This document shows, piece after piece, positions 63,029 through 64,000 of a DNA stretch of 64,000 bases. The first letter of the stretch is position 1, and each line of letters starts with the position of its first letter. This stretch comes from an archaeon (lineage in GTDB: Archaea > Nanobdellota > Nanobdellia > Woesearchaeales > JBDRAZ01): the NCBI GenBank assembly GCA_043823195.1, contig JBDRAZ010000038.1, positions 3,592-67,591 of the forward strand, read 5' to 3'. The translations under genes were made by a program, and so were the position numbers. The notes beneath the pieces are model-generated. The model ran no database searches and had not been told where the DNA came from. It was given only the letters and a program-made list of their open reading frames with translations.

Positions 63029-64000
63029 TTAGCCCAGCCCTTTAAGTATCACGCCTGCAAGATTCTCTGCAATAAGCCGGTTTCCTTCTGTTGTTGCATG
63101 GCCGAAAGTACCTGCAAAACGGTCTATAAACAAATCATCGTATGAACAGTTGATAAGGGCGCTGTTGAAATTTGCCTCGTTAGATACGAGCATAACATCC
63201 TCATCATCCAAGATGCGCCTTACCGGATCAACGCTCAAAGTAGGATACTGCATGGCCACGTACCTGATCCCGCGTTCATTAAGAATCTGGTGCAGCATCC
63301 GGTAATGGTATGCAGTGATGTTCTCTTTTGAATCCGTGCGAGGAACAACCAGAGACAGGCCATGATTATGCAGATAATCTTCTACCTCACCCGCTGAAAC
63401 GCCCTGATTAAGCATGATTTCAGCTGCGAGGTGGTGAAAATCAACACAGTTAGGTGCGTATTGCGTAAAATCCAGGGACCAGTTAGGCATATAGCCTGGA
63501 TTGCTCTCAAGGTCCTGAGTCCTTGCAAATTCATAATATGCATATCTGGCGGTATCATTAATATTTAGGGCGTTAGTGAGAATTCTCCGAGCAGATGAAA
63601 ACCGACCCTGATTAGCGTACTCGGCAGCAAGAGCAATATGAAAATCGTACAGCTGGTCTTTCATGCCCCTTGGCATGGACCAATTATCAGATGACAGACC
63701 CTCTTGCGCCGGACCATATAATGACCTGACAATCTTGTCATCTATTAAACATGCATCATTCCCGGGGCGGGGAGGACTGATAAAGGAATATGTTTTGCCC
63801 TCAGAGAACCTGTTTAACCAAGACAAGTACAACCACACCGCCAATTTGTAAAGCCTGAAATCCTGCATGGCTAACATGGAATTGGTTTTTAAACTGCCTT
63901 CATATTTCAGCAGAACATGGGTGCGGTCGTTTACACCCATCATTGATACAACCAAATCAGGCTTGAAAGCATCAAGATTATCCCTGATTTCCTGCAGCAC
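63029..64000 (-). CDS. SGNH/GDSL-like protein with TPR-like insert, 5' end outside window
   Basis: PDLVVSMMGVND block III; FGHATTEGNRLIA block V. Confidence 0.65.
   Translation of the reverse strand: MLQEIRDNLDAFKPDLVVSMMGVNDRTHVLLKYEGSLKTNSMLAMQDFRLYKLAVWLYLSWLNRFSEGKTYSFISPPRPGNDACLIDDKIVRSLYGPAQEGLSSDNWSMPRGMKDQLYDFHIALAAEYANQGRFSSARRILTNALNINDTARYAYYEFARTQDLESNPGYMPNWSLDFTQYAPNCVDFHHLAAEIMLNQGVSAGEVEDYLHNHGLSLVVPRTDSKENITAYHYRMLHQILNERGIRYVAMQYPTLSVDPVRRILDDEDVMLVSNEANFNSALINCSYDDLFIDRFAGTFGHATTEGNRLIAENLAGVILKGLG

Overview
Archaeal window, probably DPANN/Woesearchaeota-like. This is inferred from aEF-1alpha, aEF-2, L7Ae, S28e, L24e and L15e, TTTA(T/A)A boxes, intron-containing tRNAs and a bacterial-type GAPDH. 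Left part: an ~11.9 kb AT-rich integrative element (5817-17748) bounded by a 15-bp duplication of the tRNA-Ser(CGA) 3' end. It encodes a tyrosine integrase, a P-loop replication-type protein, VRR-NUC and Cas4-like nucleases and membrane cargo. Three tRNAs are present, each with an intron at a different position, plus further tRNA 3'-end copies. Middle: a translation operon, EndoQ, ThiI/ThiF and a His-Xaa-Ser-like radical SAM RiPP cluster. That cluster has an atypical pilin-like or secreted precursor and lies next to an A24 prepilin peptidase. Next come ppsA, a frameshifted gap, a highly divergent pgk, and cimA preceded by an Ile-rich leader peptide. Right part: nine tandem radical SAM genes mixed with glycosyltransferases, a carbohydrate-binding-like protein, an IS481-like remnant and a partial SGNH-like gene. 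All calls come from motif recognition by eye; no searches were run.
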